64,000 nucleotides of DNA from Mobula hypostoma (lineage: Eukaryota), in contig NC_086097.1 in NCBI RefSeq assembly GCF_963921235.1, positions 114,020,001 through 114,084,000 on the forward strand. Reading direction: 5' to 3'. The translations under genes were made by a program, and so were the position numbers. Under the pieces are notes generated by a model. That model saw nothing but the letters and a program-made list of their open reading frames with translations. It had not been told where the DNA came from and made no database searches. Shown here in pieces: positions 48,270 to 60,711 of this stretch (the stretch's first letter is position 1; each line of letters opens with the position of its first letter).

Positions 48270-50086
48270 ATTAATTCTGATATGTGAAATACAATAATAA
48301 TTTGCATAGTCAGTAATAAACCTTCATCACCAGAACTTGAATTGAATTGAATTGACTTTATTACTTACATCCTACATAGACATGAGGAGTAAAAATCTTT
48401 ACGTTACATCTCCATTTATAACAGAAGAAAAGAATCATTCAAATGCACTTGTGTATTATTTATTGTATAATTTATACATTAAGATCATTTATTGGAAATT
48501 GTTTCATGACAAAACAATCTGCAATAAATGGTTGTAATAACTTTATATCATATTTTATTGTATAATCATTTTAACCTTATTCATTGTTTTCCATTTACTA
48601 AATACGTTCAGTGCTTCTAAGCTGTACCTGGAATATTTTCAATAGAAGCTGGGGGTTGTTTTTATGCATTTCTTCACTTTCTGAGTTAGACACTGCAAGG
48701 AAAAGTAATCTGTACTGTGATAACAAGCTTGAATGCAATTGTGTTTCAATTCTCCTTTTCTTTACATTCAAGTGAAAAGGCCAGAGAGAAAAAAAATCAC
48801 CAGCTGAATAGTCTCTAAGAACCCTTGGGCAAAGATGTGAGGAGAAAATAATGGCTAATTTTGCTTTTAATTTATATGGAAATGAAATACTGGAGAAATG
48901 TATGATGGGTAATTGATCCAATGTCTTCAATTTTAGTGCAAATACCCAAAGATAAACTTACCCACAGAGTTTTTCTCCTCTAGACTCAGTAGTTACCTTG
49001 CAATAGTGGAACTGCCATTTTACGGTGTAATGCCCACAACTCGTGCTCAGAATCTGATCACATGAAAATGAACTTCAAAATAATGTATTCAAATAATGTT
49101 GGGTGCTGTATTTGGCATAGGAACAGATGACTTTATCTGCCAGTCTTCACTCTCATTTGATTGGCGTGGCTAATCGATCCTATCAGTAATGGATCAATGG
49201 ATCACCATTTTCCCTGACTGTCAGTAATCACCGTGGGCAGTGCATTTACATATGAAATCAACTCTTGAATGAAGATTGTCTTTAGTGGATTTAAACATCC
49301 TGTTATGTCACTTTAAGGTTGTTAAATATTTCACATAGCTAGGAGGGGAAATGCTACCAGAGGTCAGATTCAGGAAGGAGAAACTGTTCAGTGATTTTAC
49401 AGGTGGTCTAGGGAGAGGTGGGGATTGGAAGGAAATGCAGGAACGTCACCCCCAGGGATTGGGTTACAGTGCAGGAAGATGTTCATTGATTTCCATAAGA
49501 GCTAGAACTGCCAGGCTGGGTACATTCTTCCATTGGATTTCTTACATCCTGCTGCCACCTAGCACACACGTACACCCTGTCCGAACACCCTGCCCTTCCC
49601 CTCCTCCTCCTCATCTCACAGACACACTCTCATTCTGCTCTGGTCACTTCTCATCTTCTATTGAAATTGTTTCACATATTTATACTATTTGTTACAGAAT
49701 GCCAGTAACATTACACTGTCTTACATAAACATACACTGCACTTCACACTTTGTGTCTACATGTCAACCTTCGGGCCATGCCACTCAGGGAATTGTGATAA
49801 TATTACTTGTGACTGTATGTGCTGCATCGTAACTATATGCCCCCTGTGTGACTAGCCTTTGTGTAACCATGTTTTATTTAGCGGAATCATTCTTTAGGAG
49901 AACATCACACTCAACTCCATTGATCACGCTGCTACTAGTGTAGCTACATGTACTTTGATAATCGGTCTCACCGTTTGGGCCATGATGGTACACCCTGTCA
50001 GCAAGTCTCCACCAAGAAAATGGACCCAGAAGAGAGAGACAGCTGACCTATTAACAGTGCCTATTACAAGTCAATAAACTATTGAT

Positions 50087-50188
50087 CTCTCTCTCTCACC
50101 CCCATTCTCCCTCTCTCTCTCTTCCCCTCCCTCCCTCTCCCTCTCACCCTCTCTATCTCTCTCTCTCTCCCCCCTCCCCCTCCCCCTT
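50087..50188. repeat. CT-rich low-complexity/microsatellite tract
   Basis: Degenerate (CT)n/(CCT)n run. Confidence 0.8.
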
Positions 50189-50199
50189 GGTTCCCATCT

Positions 50200-50660
50200 A
50201 CATTCACGGCATTTCTCATGGCCCTTGATCTACTCAGTAACTTTCAATTCCCCTCATCTTCACTACTGACGTTCAATCCCTATACACTTCTACCCCCATT
50301 AAGAAGGCCTCAAAGCTCTCTGCTACTTTCTAGACAAAGGAACCAACCAGTTTCCCTCCACCACCACCCTCCTTCATCTGGGAGAACTGGTCCTCATCCT
50401 AAGCAATATTTCCTTCGGTTTCTCCCACTTTCTTCCAAACTCAAGAGATAGCTATGGGCACCAGCTATCCTACCTCTTTGCTGTCTATGTAGAACAGTCC
50501 ATGTTCCAAGTCTTCCCCGATAATGCTCCCTTACTCTTCCTTCGCTGCATTAACAAATGCATTGATGCTGCTCCATGCACCCATGCTGGGATCATTAATT
50601 TCATCAAATTTGCCTCTAACTTCCAACCTGCCCTTAAATTCACTTGGTCCATTTCTGACA
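50200..50660 (+). mobile_element. Penelope-like reverse transcriptase fragment
   Basis: LIFTTDVQSLYTS, ELVLILSNISF, FLRCINKCI (YIDD-equivalent), NFIKFASNFQPALKFTWSISDT. Confidence 0.8.
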
Positions 50661-52017
50661 CCCCCCCCCCCACCTCCTCTTTCTCAAGCGGAAGGGGGTT
50701 CATGGAAGGGAGGGGCATGCAGCTACAGTCCAGGTGCGGGTCGATGGGACTGATAGTTTGGTATGAATAGTTGGGCTGAAGACCTGTTTCTGTGCAGTAA
50801 TGCTCTGGACTCTATGACCTGACTTGAGGGAAGCCACTAAGTAGAATCAAATGAATTAGTGACTAAGTAGAATCAGATGAATTAATAGATAATATTTTTT
50901 AAAGGGACAAAAGATTGACATTTATTGGTTGATGATTTAAGGAAACAGTTTGGGTGTCTATTTAAAAACTTCACTACTTTTGCATGCTGACCTGCTGAAA
51001 GGCCCTTTCTAAGTCAGGAAGTCATTGTTGTACAAATCATCTTAATGGTTTCAATACTGATTAAGCGAGCAGCAGCTAAGGCTTAGTATAGCAGGGGTTG
51101 GTTTCAGGGAGTGGAACTTGGAAGCTCTCTTGCCGCTACGGCCTATTAATTTATTCCCTCTCACTTCCAACTGCAGACCTTGTGACCTTTGCCTTTGAAG
51201 AGTGATACATAGGTTTAAGCTGCAAAATATGGCGGTGGACGTATGTTCGCACTATGATGGACCATTAGCTGTAAGATCTAAGTTGCTTTAGATGCCCTCC
51301 AGCCGTCTGAAGGGTAAAAGAGTGCAGGCATAGTGTACAGAGTAGAAGGGCAACCTTTTGACGAGCCAGCCCACTCTTGCAAATCGCCTGGTGCTTCCCC
51401 ACAATGCGTGAACCGCTTCACCTCCGTGTTGATGGCCACTCAGTAGCAATTCCACTGAGTCTACTCTCAGTGGGAAAGAGGCAGGGCTGATGGGGGAAGT
51501 GGGAGTGCTGTGAAGACTTCCAAATAAAGTAGGTGACCTTACTTCTGGCTAAGCTGTGGTCCAGTTACCCAATGATGTGGAAATTTGCCATAAAAGCAAG
51601 AGCAAATTCTAGAACAGTCTATTTCAAGAGCGCCGTAAAAATATCAGGAACTGGTGGTGTTTGAACACAAATGTTTGAAGGTAACAGGACATTTTAAGAA
51701 AGTAAATATTTAGTAAATATAATTAGACATGTAAGTTACAAAAACTAGGAAATTAAGCTGCTTGGACTAAAGCACAGTTGGATCCCAGCTAGGTATGTTT
51801 TGCTGGGTAATGAAGGGTATAAAGAACAAACAGATGGTATGTAGGATTGTAGCTATAAGAAGAGAAACTGAACTATTTCTGCTAAAGCATCAGTGACTGC
51901 CATAGGGTTGATAAGAGTGTTTAAACTTATGAATAGTTTGGACAGAGAAACTATCTGAAAAAACTTGATAAGCAGAGGCACAGGATGAATTCCACTGTCT
52001 CCCACATCCCAAATCTA

Positions 52018-52588
52018 CACTCGGGGTCACTTTATTAGGTACACCTGCTCATTCATACAGGTATCTAATCAGCCAAGCATGCAGCAGCAACTCCTGCATA
52101 AAAGCATGCAGACGTGGTCAAGAGGATCAGTTGTTCAGACCAAACATCAGAAAGGGGAAGGAATGTGATCTAAGTGACCTTGACTATGGAATAATTGAAG
52201 GTGCCAGATGGGGTGGTTTGAGTATCCCAGAAACTACTGATCTCCCGGGTTTTTCACACACAACAGTCTCAGCAGTTTACAGAGAATGGTACAAAATAAA
52301 ACACATCCAGTGAGCGGCAGTTTCGTGGACGAAAGTGTCTTGTTAACAAGAGAGGCCAGAGAAGAATAGCCAGACTGGTTCAAGCTGATGTGAAGGCAAC
52401 AGTAACTCAAGTAATCACACATTACAACAGTGGTGTGCAGAAGAGCACCTCTAATCGTACAACATTTCGAACCTTGAAGTAGATGGGCTACAGCCGTAGA
52501 AGACACTCAGTAGAAGACAGCAGTAGACAGTCACTCAGTGGCCACTTCGTTAGGTACATGAGGTACTTCATAACATCACCACTGGGTG
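52018..52588 (+). mobile_element. Tc1-like non-autonomous transposon retaining the transposase N-terminal HTH remnant
   Basis: TA-flanked. GKECDLSDLDYGIIEGARWGGLSIPETTDLPGFSHTTVSAVYREW. TIR cactc.g.g.cactttattaggtac. Confidence 0.85.
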
Positions 52589-52974
52589 TAGATTAAAAAC
52601 AAATCCAAACAAGTCCCAATCCAAATCTTCAGTTCCAAACAGTTCACCAGTACACAGTGTTTAAAGACCTTAGTACTAAATCCTGCTGGATGCTAAATCA
52701 TTCCCAACGGTTTCAGAAGCAGATTCGGCAAAAGTTGGGTTTTCTGATTTCCAACTTAAATTCTAATGTTGGATGCCAATTTCACCACAAGACTACATTT
52801 CATTCTCTAGGCTTCCGCCAGCTTCAATGGTAGAGACACCAGGACTGTTTTCCAATAATAAGGGGGAATTTGTGGATCAGGGTTGTTAAGGGTGGGGTTT
52901 TATGGCAGAATGGAAGTGAGCTTCCTGGTATACCGGAAGATTCAATTGGCCAACATGTAACTATTAACACTCTA

Positions 52975-53270
52975 TGAAATCAGTCTATTACAGGCAAAAC
53001 CATTCCTACCATTAAGCAAATCTGCAAGGATCACTACCACAGGAAAGCAGCATCCATCATCAAGGTCCCCCACCATGCAGGCCGTGCTTTATTCTCACTG
53101 GTGCCGTCAGGAAGGAGGGCCAGCAGTCTTAGGTCCCCACACAACCAAGTCCAGGAACAGTTATTACCGTACAATGATAAACCTTCTGAACCAGCATGAA
53201 TAACTTCACTCACATCAACTCTGAATTGGTTCCAAAGCTATGGACTCACTTTCAAGTCATGTTCTCAGTG
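52975..53270 (+). mobile_element. Rex1/Babar 3' fragment
   Basis: KAASIIKVPHHAGRALFSLVPSGRR. Confidence 0.8.
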
Positions 53271-53297
53271 TTAGAACAAGGATTCATCAGTATTATT

Positions 53298-55553
53298 TCA
53301 GAATCAGAATCAGGTTTAATATCAGTGGCAAATGTCACAAAATGTGTTGCTTGTGGCTGTAGTACATTGCAATATGTAATAAGAAAAATATACAATACAA
53401 TATAGTATATAGGTATATAAAAATATGAAATTAGCTAAGTAGTGCAAAAGCAGAGGTTAAAAAAAATTAATGAGGTAGTGTCTATGAGTTCATTGTCAAT
53501 TCTGAAATCTTATGGTGGAGGGGAAGAAGCTGTTCCTGAAACATTGTGTGTTTCTTCAGGCTCCTGTGCCTCCTTACTGATGGTATCAATGAGAAGATGG
53601 CATGCCCTGGGTGACCGGGGTCTTTAATGATGGATGCTGCCTTTTTGAGGCATTGCCTTTTTAACGTATTATTGATGGTGGGGAGGCCAGTGCCCATGAT
53701 GGAGCTGGCTGAGTTTGCAACTTTCTGCAACTTTTTCCAATCCTGCACAGTGGCCCCTCCATACCAGACAGTGATGCTACCAGTTAGAATGCTGTCCCCG
53801 GTACATCTGCAAAGATTTGTGAATGCCTTTGGTGACATAGAAGGTCCTCCTCAAACTCCTAATGAAGTATATGTGCTGGTGTGCCTTCTTTGTAATTGCA
53901 TCAATATATTAGGATCGATCTTCAGAGGTGTTGACACCCAGGAACTTGAAACTGTCCACCCTTTCCACTGCTGACCCCTCGGTGCAGACTGGTGTTTGCT
54001 CTCTCAACTTTCCCTTCCTGAAGTCCTTGCTCTTATTGACGTTGAGTGCAAGGATATTGTTGTGGCACTGCTCTACCAGATGATCTATCTCACTCCTGTA
54101 CACCACCTTGTCACCATCTGAAGGTCTGTCAACAATAGCTGCGTCATCAGCAGATTTATAGATGGCATTTTTGAGCTGTGCTTAGCCACACAGTTGTGGG
54201 TGTAGAGAGAGTACAGCAGGGGGCTAAGCACGCATCTTTGAGGTGTGCCAGAGTTGATTGTCAGTGAGGAAGAGATGGTTTTTCTGATCCACACACACTA
54301 TGGGCTCCCAGTGAGGCAGTCAGGGATCCAGTAGCTGAGGGAGGTACAAAACCTCAAGTTTTGGAGCTTGTTGATTAGTACTGAGGATATCGTGTTGAAT
54401 GCTGAGCTGTAATCGATAAACAGCAGCCTAACGTAGTTATTACTATTCTCCAGGTGATCTAAGGTCGAGGGGAGAGCCTGTGAGATTGCATCCATTGTAG
54501 ACTTATTGTGGCAATAGGCAAATTGCAGTGGCTCCAGGTCCTTGCTTAGGCAGAAGTTGATTCTAGCCATGACCAACCTCTCAAAGTACTTCATCACAGT
54601 AGATGTGAATGCCACTGGGTGATAATACTTAAGGGAGCTCACGTTACTCTTCTTGGGCACTGGTATGATTGTTGCCCTTTTGAAGCAGGTAGGAACCTCC
54701 GACTGCAGCAGTGAGAGACTGAAGATGTCCTTGAAGACTCCCACCAGTTGCTGGCATGGATTTTCAGAGCACTACCAGGGCCTGACACCTTGTTCATCTT
54801 CTTGAAAGACATTCTGATATTGGCTTCCGAGACAGAGATCACAGTCACCAGATGCTGCAGGGATTCACACGGGGTAGTTTTATTCTCCCTTTTAAAGCGT
54901 GCATAAAAGGTGTTGAGCTCATCTGGGAGTGAAGCATCACAGCCATTCATGATGTTAGGTTTCACTTTGCAGGAAGTAATGGTCAGAGCTGACATGCATC
55001 TGATTCAGTCTCTAACTTCAGACAGGATTATTTTTTTTGCTCATAAAATAGCCTTCTGTACGTCATACCTGGACTTCTGGTGTTGTTCTTGAATGCCACA
55101 TCTGTATTTAGCCCTCAGTAGACTACGAATCTCCTGGCTTTTAATTTGGGTATGCCTGAAATGGCGGGGGATAGCCATGTTTTCGTGAAGCAAGTTACAC
55201 AGCATTGTCCGTAGTGCAACGATCTTGCTCTGTCTTCAATTTTATTTTCCAGAGACTATATATTTGCTAGCAGGATAGATGGGAGTGGGAGTATAACACC
55301 TCCCCATTTCATTTGTACCTGTAGACCAGTTCAGCTTCCATGTTTCCATTTTCTTAAAGGGGAATTGAACTCATGACCTGAGTCTGCAGTCTGGGATCTG
55401 CTGATTTTGAGAATTGATAGATTTTTTAAATATCTTAAAATGACGTTGCTTACTGAAACTGTGGATTTCAACTACAGTAGTCCTAAACCGGAATATTTGA
55501 TGATTCCCATCGGAGCTGCACACAAAGAGTCACCTCTTATTGGTGCCATCTTG
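53298..55553 (-). mobile_element. Rex1/Babar LINE, long copy with 5' end and a mostly deleted APE region
   Basis: DIFSLSLLQSEVPTCFKRATIIPVPKK..DPLQFAY-like..DYSSAFNT and [17 protein letters not shown]. Minus-strand start CAAGATGGCACC at ~55553; (agaatc)n tail. Confidence 0.9.
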
Positions 55554-55584
55554 AATATTTATGTATTTATTTATTATTTACTTG

Positions 55585-56298
55585 CAGCTTCTCCATGGGC
55601 TGATTCAAGACTGGTGCTGCTGCCTGATGTGTTGTGGGAGTACACGGAAGATCGTAAGCAGTGAGTTGGCTGCAGGCTGTGTGCCCAGGGACACGAGTTC
55701 CTTGGACACAGAGCTCAGAAAAAGCGACTCAACAGACTTTTAACACCATTAATCAGCGAGTTGTTTGTTATGTCTCCCCTCTCACTGTGAAACGGAGACA
55801 TCTCTTTTATCCCTTATTAGGGAGAGAGCGAGCCTGTGGTATGCCAAATACCAGATGAACAAGTAGTTTTTGGGGTACTGCAAGTCTGTGTCTTTATTGA
55901 TGCTTTGCTGCATGCTTGAGTGCTTGGTGGGGGGGTGTCGTTGCTTTTTTTGCTGATGGGGAGGGGTCATTGCTTTGCTGCTGCTTATGCATGGGAGGGG
56001 GAGTTGGGGAGGCTTTGGGGTTCTAACATTTTTTTGTAATATAATTTCTATTTAATTTTCAGAAAGAATACATGAAAAAAATAGAATCTACCCTCCCCCC
56101 TCCCCTTAACCCTTCCCCCCCCATATATAGTCCTACCTAAAAAGAGAGAAAAAGAAAAAAAAAACATTTCTAACATTTAACTGCAATTCATTCCTTGGGG
56201 CTCTCCTCTGTTTTCATGGATGTTTGCGAAGGAAAAGATTTCTGAATGTATACATTTCTCTGACATTAAATGTACCTATTGAAACTTTTTGAAACTTC
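55585..56298 (+). mobile_element. Non-coding retroposon with Rex-type tail (family unassigned), interrupted at 56032-56167
   Basis: Ends tgacattaaatgtacctattgaaact..tgaaact, similar to Rex-type tails elsewhere in the window. Confidence 0.5.
56032..56167 (-). mobile_element. Short L1-type 3' end insertion with an 11-bp TSD
   Basis: ttctaacattt at 56021-56031 and 56168-56178; T-run at the left junction (minus-strand poly(A)); target TTT|AA. Confidence 0.7.
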
Positions 56299-57524
56299 TG
56301 CCTGTCTCTAACAAGATGAAGTACGAAAGGATAGCAATACAAAGAATCATTCACCCACTGTGCCTGTATCAGCTCTTCAAAAGAGCTCTTTAGGACTGAA
56401 ATTAGTGACAAAAGAAGGTCCGCCTCCATCAGTATTGTAGACATGTTACATTAACAGACTAGTCCCCACCAGAATAGTTCTAAAGCGAGTCACCTGCCTA
56501 GAAGTTCAAATCCTGCCAGACATGGTTAGTGAGTCTCTTGAAGCCTTGCTACAGATTCAATGCTGATCTCCTGTGTCTGAGCATTGTTTCACCTCTGACC
56601 CAGGTCCTGACTGCTCCATGGTAGCAGGCACTGTCATCTTCCCAAGACTGCAGACTAGGACCTTCCAAACTGACTAAAACAGCATCAGATCCGTCATGGG
56701 CACCCGGACTGGCGTGAGGAGGGTGCAAGGACCTGACAGATGATATGGGGGAGTCAAGGCATACTTTCTTCCACAGTGCCTCTCCCAGATACCACACACT
56801 TCCAATTGTCCCATGGTCTCTTCAGCTTAGGAGTTAGGGTGAGACTGTTGATTCCAGGCCTCAAACCCACATTTTCTTTACTGACTCTGCTGACATCCCA
56901 CATCAATGTCAGACAAGGAGACCAAAAACAGAAGACAGAGGAGCCTTTCCAGAATTAGGAGACTTCAGCACCCTGCAAGATCATAATTATCAAAATTGTG
57001 TTGGATAGAAAGAAATGGATAAAGATGAGTTATAGAGTCATGGAGAACTACAAAGCAGAAACAGGCTCTTTGGCCATCTAGCCCATGCTGAACTGTTGTT
57101 CTTCCTACTCCCATTGACCAATACCAAGACCAAATCCCTCCATACCCCTCCCATCCATGTCCTTATCCAAACCTCTCATAAATGTTGCAATTGAACCTGC
57201 ATCCACCTCTTCCGCTGGCTGCTTGTTCCACAGTCACACCACCCTCTGAGTGAAGAAGTTCCCCCCGGAGCTTCCCCTTAAATATTTCACCTTTTACTCT
57301 TACCCTATGACCTCTAGTTCTAGTCTCACCCACCATGAGTGAAAAAAAGCCTGCTTACATTTACCCTATCAATGCACCTCACAATTTTGTATACTTCTAT
57401 CAAATTTCCCCTCATTCTCCTAAGCTCCAGGGAGTAATGCCCTACCGATTCAAACTTTCCTCAAGTCCCGGCAACATCCTTGTAAATTTTATAGGTACTT
57501 TCCTGTATGTAGGGAACTAGAACT

Positions 57525-59079
57525 CAAAGTTCAAAGTAAATTTATTATCAAAGTACATGTATGACACCGTATGCCACTCTGGGATTTGTTTTCTTGCAGA
57601 CATACTCAGTAAGTGCAAAAAACATAATAGAATCAATGAAAGACCGTACCCAACATGACGGACAAAAACCAAAGTGCAAATGCAAACGAAAAGAAGAAGT
57701 AATAATAATTATCAATAAATAAGCAATAAATATTGAGACCATGAGACAAAGAGTCCTTGAAAGTGAGCCAATAGGCTGTGGGAACAGTTCAGTGATGGGG
57801 CGTGAACTTATCCCCACTGGTTCAAAAGCCTGATGGTTGAGGAGTAATAACTGCTCCTCAACCTGGTGATGTGAGTTCTGAGGCTCCTGTAACTTCTTTC
57901 TGATGGGAACAGAGAAAAGGGAGCGTGACCTGGGTGGTGGGGGTCCCTGATGATATATGTTGCTTTCCTGCGACAGTGTTCCATGTAGATGTACTCAATG
58001 GTGGGGAGAGCTTTACCCGTGATGGACTGGGCTGTATGCACTACATCTTGTGGGCTTTTCCATTCAAGAGCATTAGTGTTTCCATACCAGGCTGTGATGC
58101 AGCCAGTCAATATACTCGCCTCTGCACATCCTTAGAAATTTGTCAAAGTTTTAGATGTCATGCTGAATCTTTGCAAACTTGTAAAGAAGGACAAGTGTGT
58201 GATTTCTTTGTCATTTCATTTACATGCTGGGTACTGGACAGATCCTCTGAAGTTCCTCCTCCCGAAGTCAATAATCAGCTCTTTAGTCTTGCTGATATTG
58301 AGTGAGAGGTTGTTGTTGTGTCACCACTCAGAGAGATTTTCAATCTCCCTCCTGTATGCTGATTCATCACCACCTTTGATTCAGCCAACGTCAGCGGTGT
58401 CATCAGCAAACTTAAGTATGGCATTTGAGTTGTGATGAGCCCTCCCAGTCATAAGTATAAAGCAAGTAGGGCAGGGGACTGAAAACACAGCCTTGTAGCA
58501 CATCTGTCCTGATGATGATTGTGAAGGAGATGTTGTTGCCAATCCAAACCGACTGGTGTCTACCAGTAAGGAAATTAAGGATCCAATTGAACAAGCAGAT
58601 TTTGATGCCAAGATCTTGAAGTATTTTGATTAATTTTGAGGGGATGATAGTATTGAATGCCGAGATGTAATTAATAAATTGCATCCTGGTGTATGCATCT
58701 TTGCTGTTTAGGTATTCCAGGGTTGAGCGAAGAGCCAATGAAATGGCATCTGTTCTGGAGCTGATGTGCCTGTAGACAAATTGAAGTGGATCCAAGTCAT
58801 TTCACAGGAAGGAGCTGATATCTTTCATCAGCAACCTCTCAAAGCACTTCATCACAGTGGATGTAAATGTTGCTGGATGATAGTCATTGGGCAGGTTGCA
58901 AAGCTCTGAGGCACTCATATAATTGAAACCTGCTTGAATCAGGTGGGTACCTCAGATTGCCAAAATGAGTGATTAAGGATTTTGGTGAACACTCCAGCCA
59001 GTTGATTAGCACAGGTCCTTAGTACTCAGCCAGGTATCCCATCTGTTCTGGATGCATTCTGTGGGTTTCACCTCCCATG
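57525..59079 (-). mobile_element. 5'-truncated Rex1/Babar nested in CR1
   Basis: [26 protein letters not shown] and KFADDT. gaact repeated at 57520-57524 and 59080-59084. Confidence 0.9.
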
Positions 59080-59876
59080 GAACTGCACGCAGTACTCGAA
59101 AATTGGCCTCACCAACGCCTTATACAATTTTAACATAGCATCCCAACTCCTGTACTCAATACTTTGAATTATTAAGACCTATGTGCCCAAAGATATCTTT
59201 ACAACCTCATCTGCCTGGGATGCCACTTACAAGGAATTATTGATCTGTATTCCCAGATCCCTCGGTTCTTCTGCACTCCTCAATGTCCTACCACTCTCTC
59301 TTTGGGAGAACAAACCAGTCCTCTCCTGGATTATTCTCCTAAAGTTCAACACCTCACACTTGTCTGCATTAAAGTCCAGCTGCCATTTTCCATTTGGTCG
59401 TGGTCCTGCTGCAAGCTTTGCTAGCATTTCTTGCTATTCACTATGCTCCATATCTTGGTGACATCTGCAAATTTACTGATCTAGTTTATCATATTATCGT
59501 ACAAATCATTAATACAGATGACAAGTAGCTCTGATCCTTGGGGCGCATCACTAGTTACAGGGGGGCAACAGTGAGAGGGGTAACTGTCTACTATCACCAT
59601 CTGGCTTCTCCCAATAAGACAATGTTGAATCCAGTTTCTTACTTCATCCTGAGAGCCAAGCAGCCGAACCTTTTGGATCAGCCTTCCATGCAGACTTGTC
59701 AAAGAACTTCCTAAAGTCCACTGCCTTTCCTTCATCAACTTTTCCTGGTAATTTCATCCAAAAGATGGTTAGACATGATCTATCACATAAAAGTTAGTGT
59801 TGTCTGTCCCGAATCAGGCCCTGTCTATCCAAATACTTATACTGAATATCCTGTCACTTAGAATACCTTCCAATAA

Positions 59877-60061
59877 AAAGGATCTAGTGCTTTCCTGGCC
59901 TACATAATGAATAAACTCTTCTCAGGCTTCCAGCCAGGTATAGGTATCTATTTAACCAACATTTCGATGACAAGCTGCCATTTTCTTCAGCTTCGACATC
60001 AAAACATCAGTTAATGTCAATATCTGTACCCGGCTGGAAGCCTAAGAAGAATTTATCAACT
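59877..60061. mobile_element. Small fold-back insertion with a decayed hammerhead-like motif (second family) and 9-bp flanking direct repeat
   Basis: Arms ataaactcttctcaggcttccagccaggta and tacccggctggaagcctaagaagaatttat. ttccaataa at 59868-59876 and 60062-60070. Confidence 0.65.
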
Positions 60062-60379
60062 TTCCAATAACTTACCTGCTGCTAGACAACAAACTTATGG
60101 TTCTTCAATTTCCTGGCTTATTCTTAGAGTCTTTCTTGAACAAAGGAACAACATTAGCTACCCTTCAGTCAAGGATATAAAGAAATTACTCTGCTCTTAC
60201 ATGTTGGTTAAAACTATCCCTGTTATTGTAGATGTAAGCACCAAATCTGTACAATCGTCATGATGGTTAGACCTGTAAAGTGAACACAGTGGCTTATTGT
60301 GGATGGCACTTGGACACCATTGTAAATGAGTAATGTGGTGAGGCTACTCTTTAACTATTTGGGTCATCATTTAATTGCC

Positions 60380-60385
60380 TTTATT
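60380..60385 (-). promoter_or_regulatory. Candidate polyadenylation signal directly after the stop codon
   Basis: Minus strand TGA-AATAAA, with ATTAAA a few bases further on. Confidence 0.35.
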
Positions 60386-60589
60386 TCATTGTTCTGCCTG
60401 ACCAGCCTTAAACAAGCTGTACAGTTCAGAGAAGGTGCTCTCCGTTGTCTTCTTGTCCACACTGCCATGTCTGGAAAGGTCAGCACACCTTTGCACTGCT
60501 TTATACAGTTGGGCTTGCAGTGGGTGGTACACTCTGAGTTCACTCAGCTGGGGTGAGAATAAAGGACGGAATATTTTATCACAAATGAC
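60386..60589 (-). CDS. DIPK1C: Terminal coding exon of a divergent protein kinase domain 1C-like (FAM69C-like) gene
   Basis: Strong acceptor tttatttgtttctcacAG|GTC in phase 0. Encodes VICDKIFRPLFSPQLSELRVYHPLQAQLYKAVQRCADL..SELYSLFKAGQAEQ*, matching my recollection of the DIPK1C C-terminus (VICDKIFRHWFS..LQLQLQEAVQECAD). Orthologue versus paralogue is unresolved. Confidence 0.8.
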   Translation of the reverse strand, partial: VICDKIFRPLFSPQLSELRVYHPLQAQLYKAVQRCADLSRHGSVDKKTTESTFSELYSLFKAGQAEQ

Positions 60590-60711
60590 CTGTGAGAAAC
60601 AAATAAATAAATTAGTCAAATTTAAGCAAGCGTTTTATGGTGATTCACCCACTGCTGGAACAGAAAAACAGGGCCAAAATATTGCAAAACAATTGTAGGT
60701 TACTTAAGGTT

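Larger units (their letters stand above)
57030..60170 (-). mobile_element. Degenerate CR1 split by a Rex1 (57525-59079) and a fold-back insertion (59877-60061)
   Basis: HGRLIQKVRLLG..WIQHCL..DAPQGS and KWQLDFNADKCEVLNF. CR1 3' UTR at ~57030-57140. Confidence 0.85.

Noticed and set aside
56549..56797. 82-aa minus-strand ORF downstream of the DIPK1C-like exon
   Set aside because: No recognisable homology, GTG start shortly after an in-frame stop, no convincing splice context.
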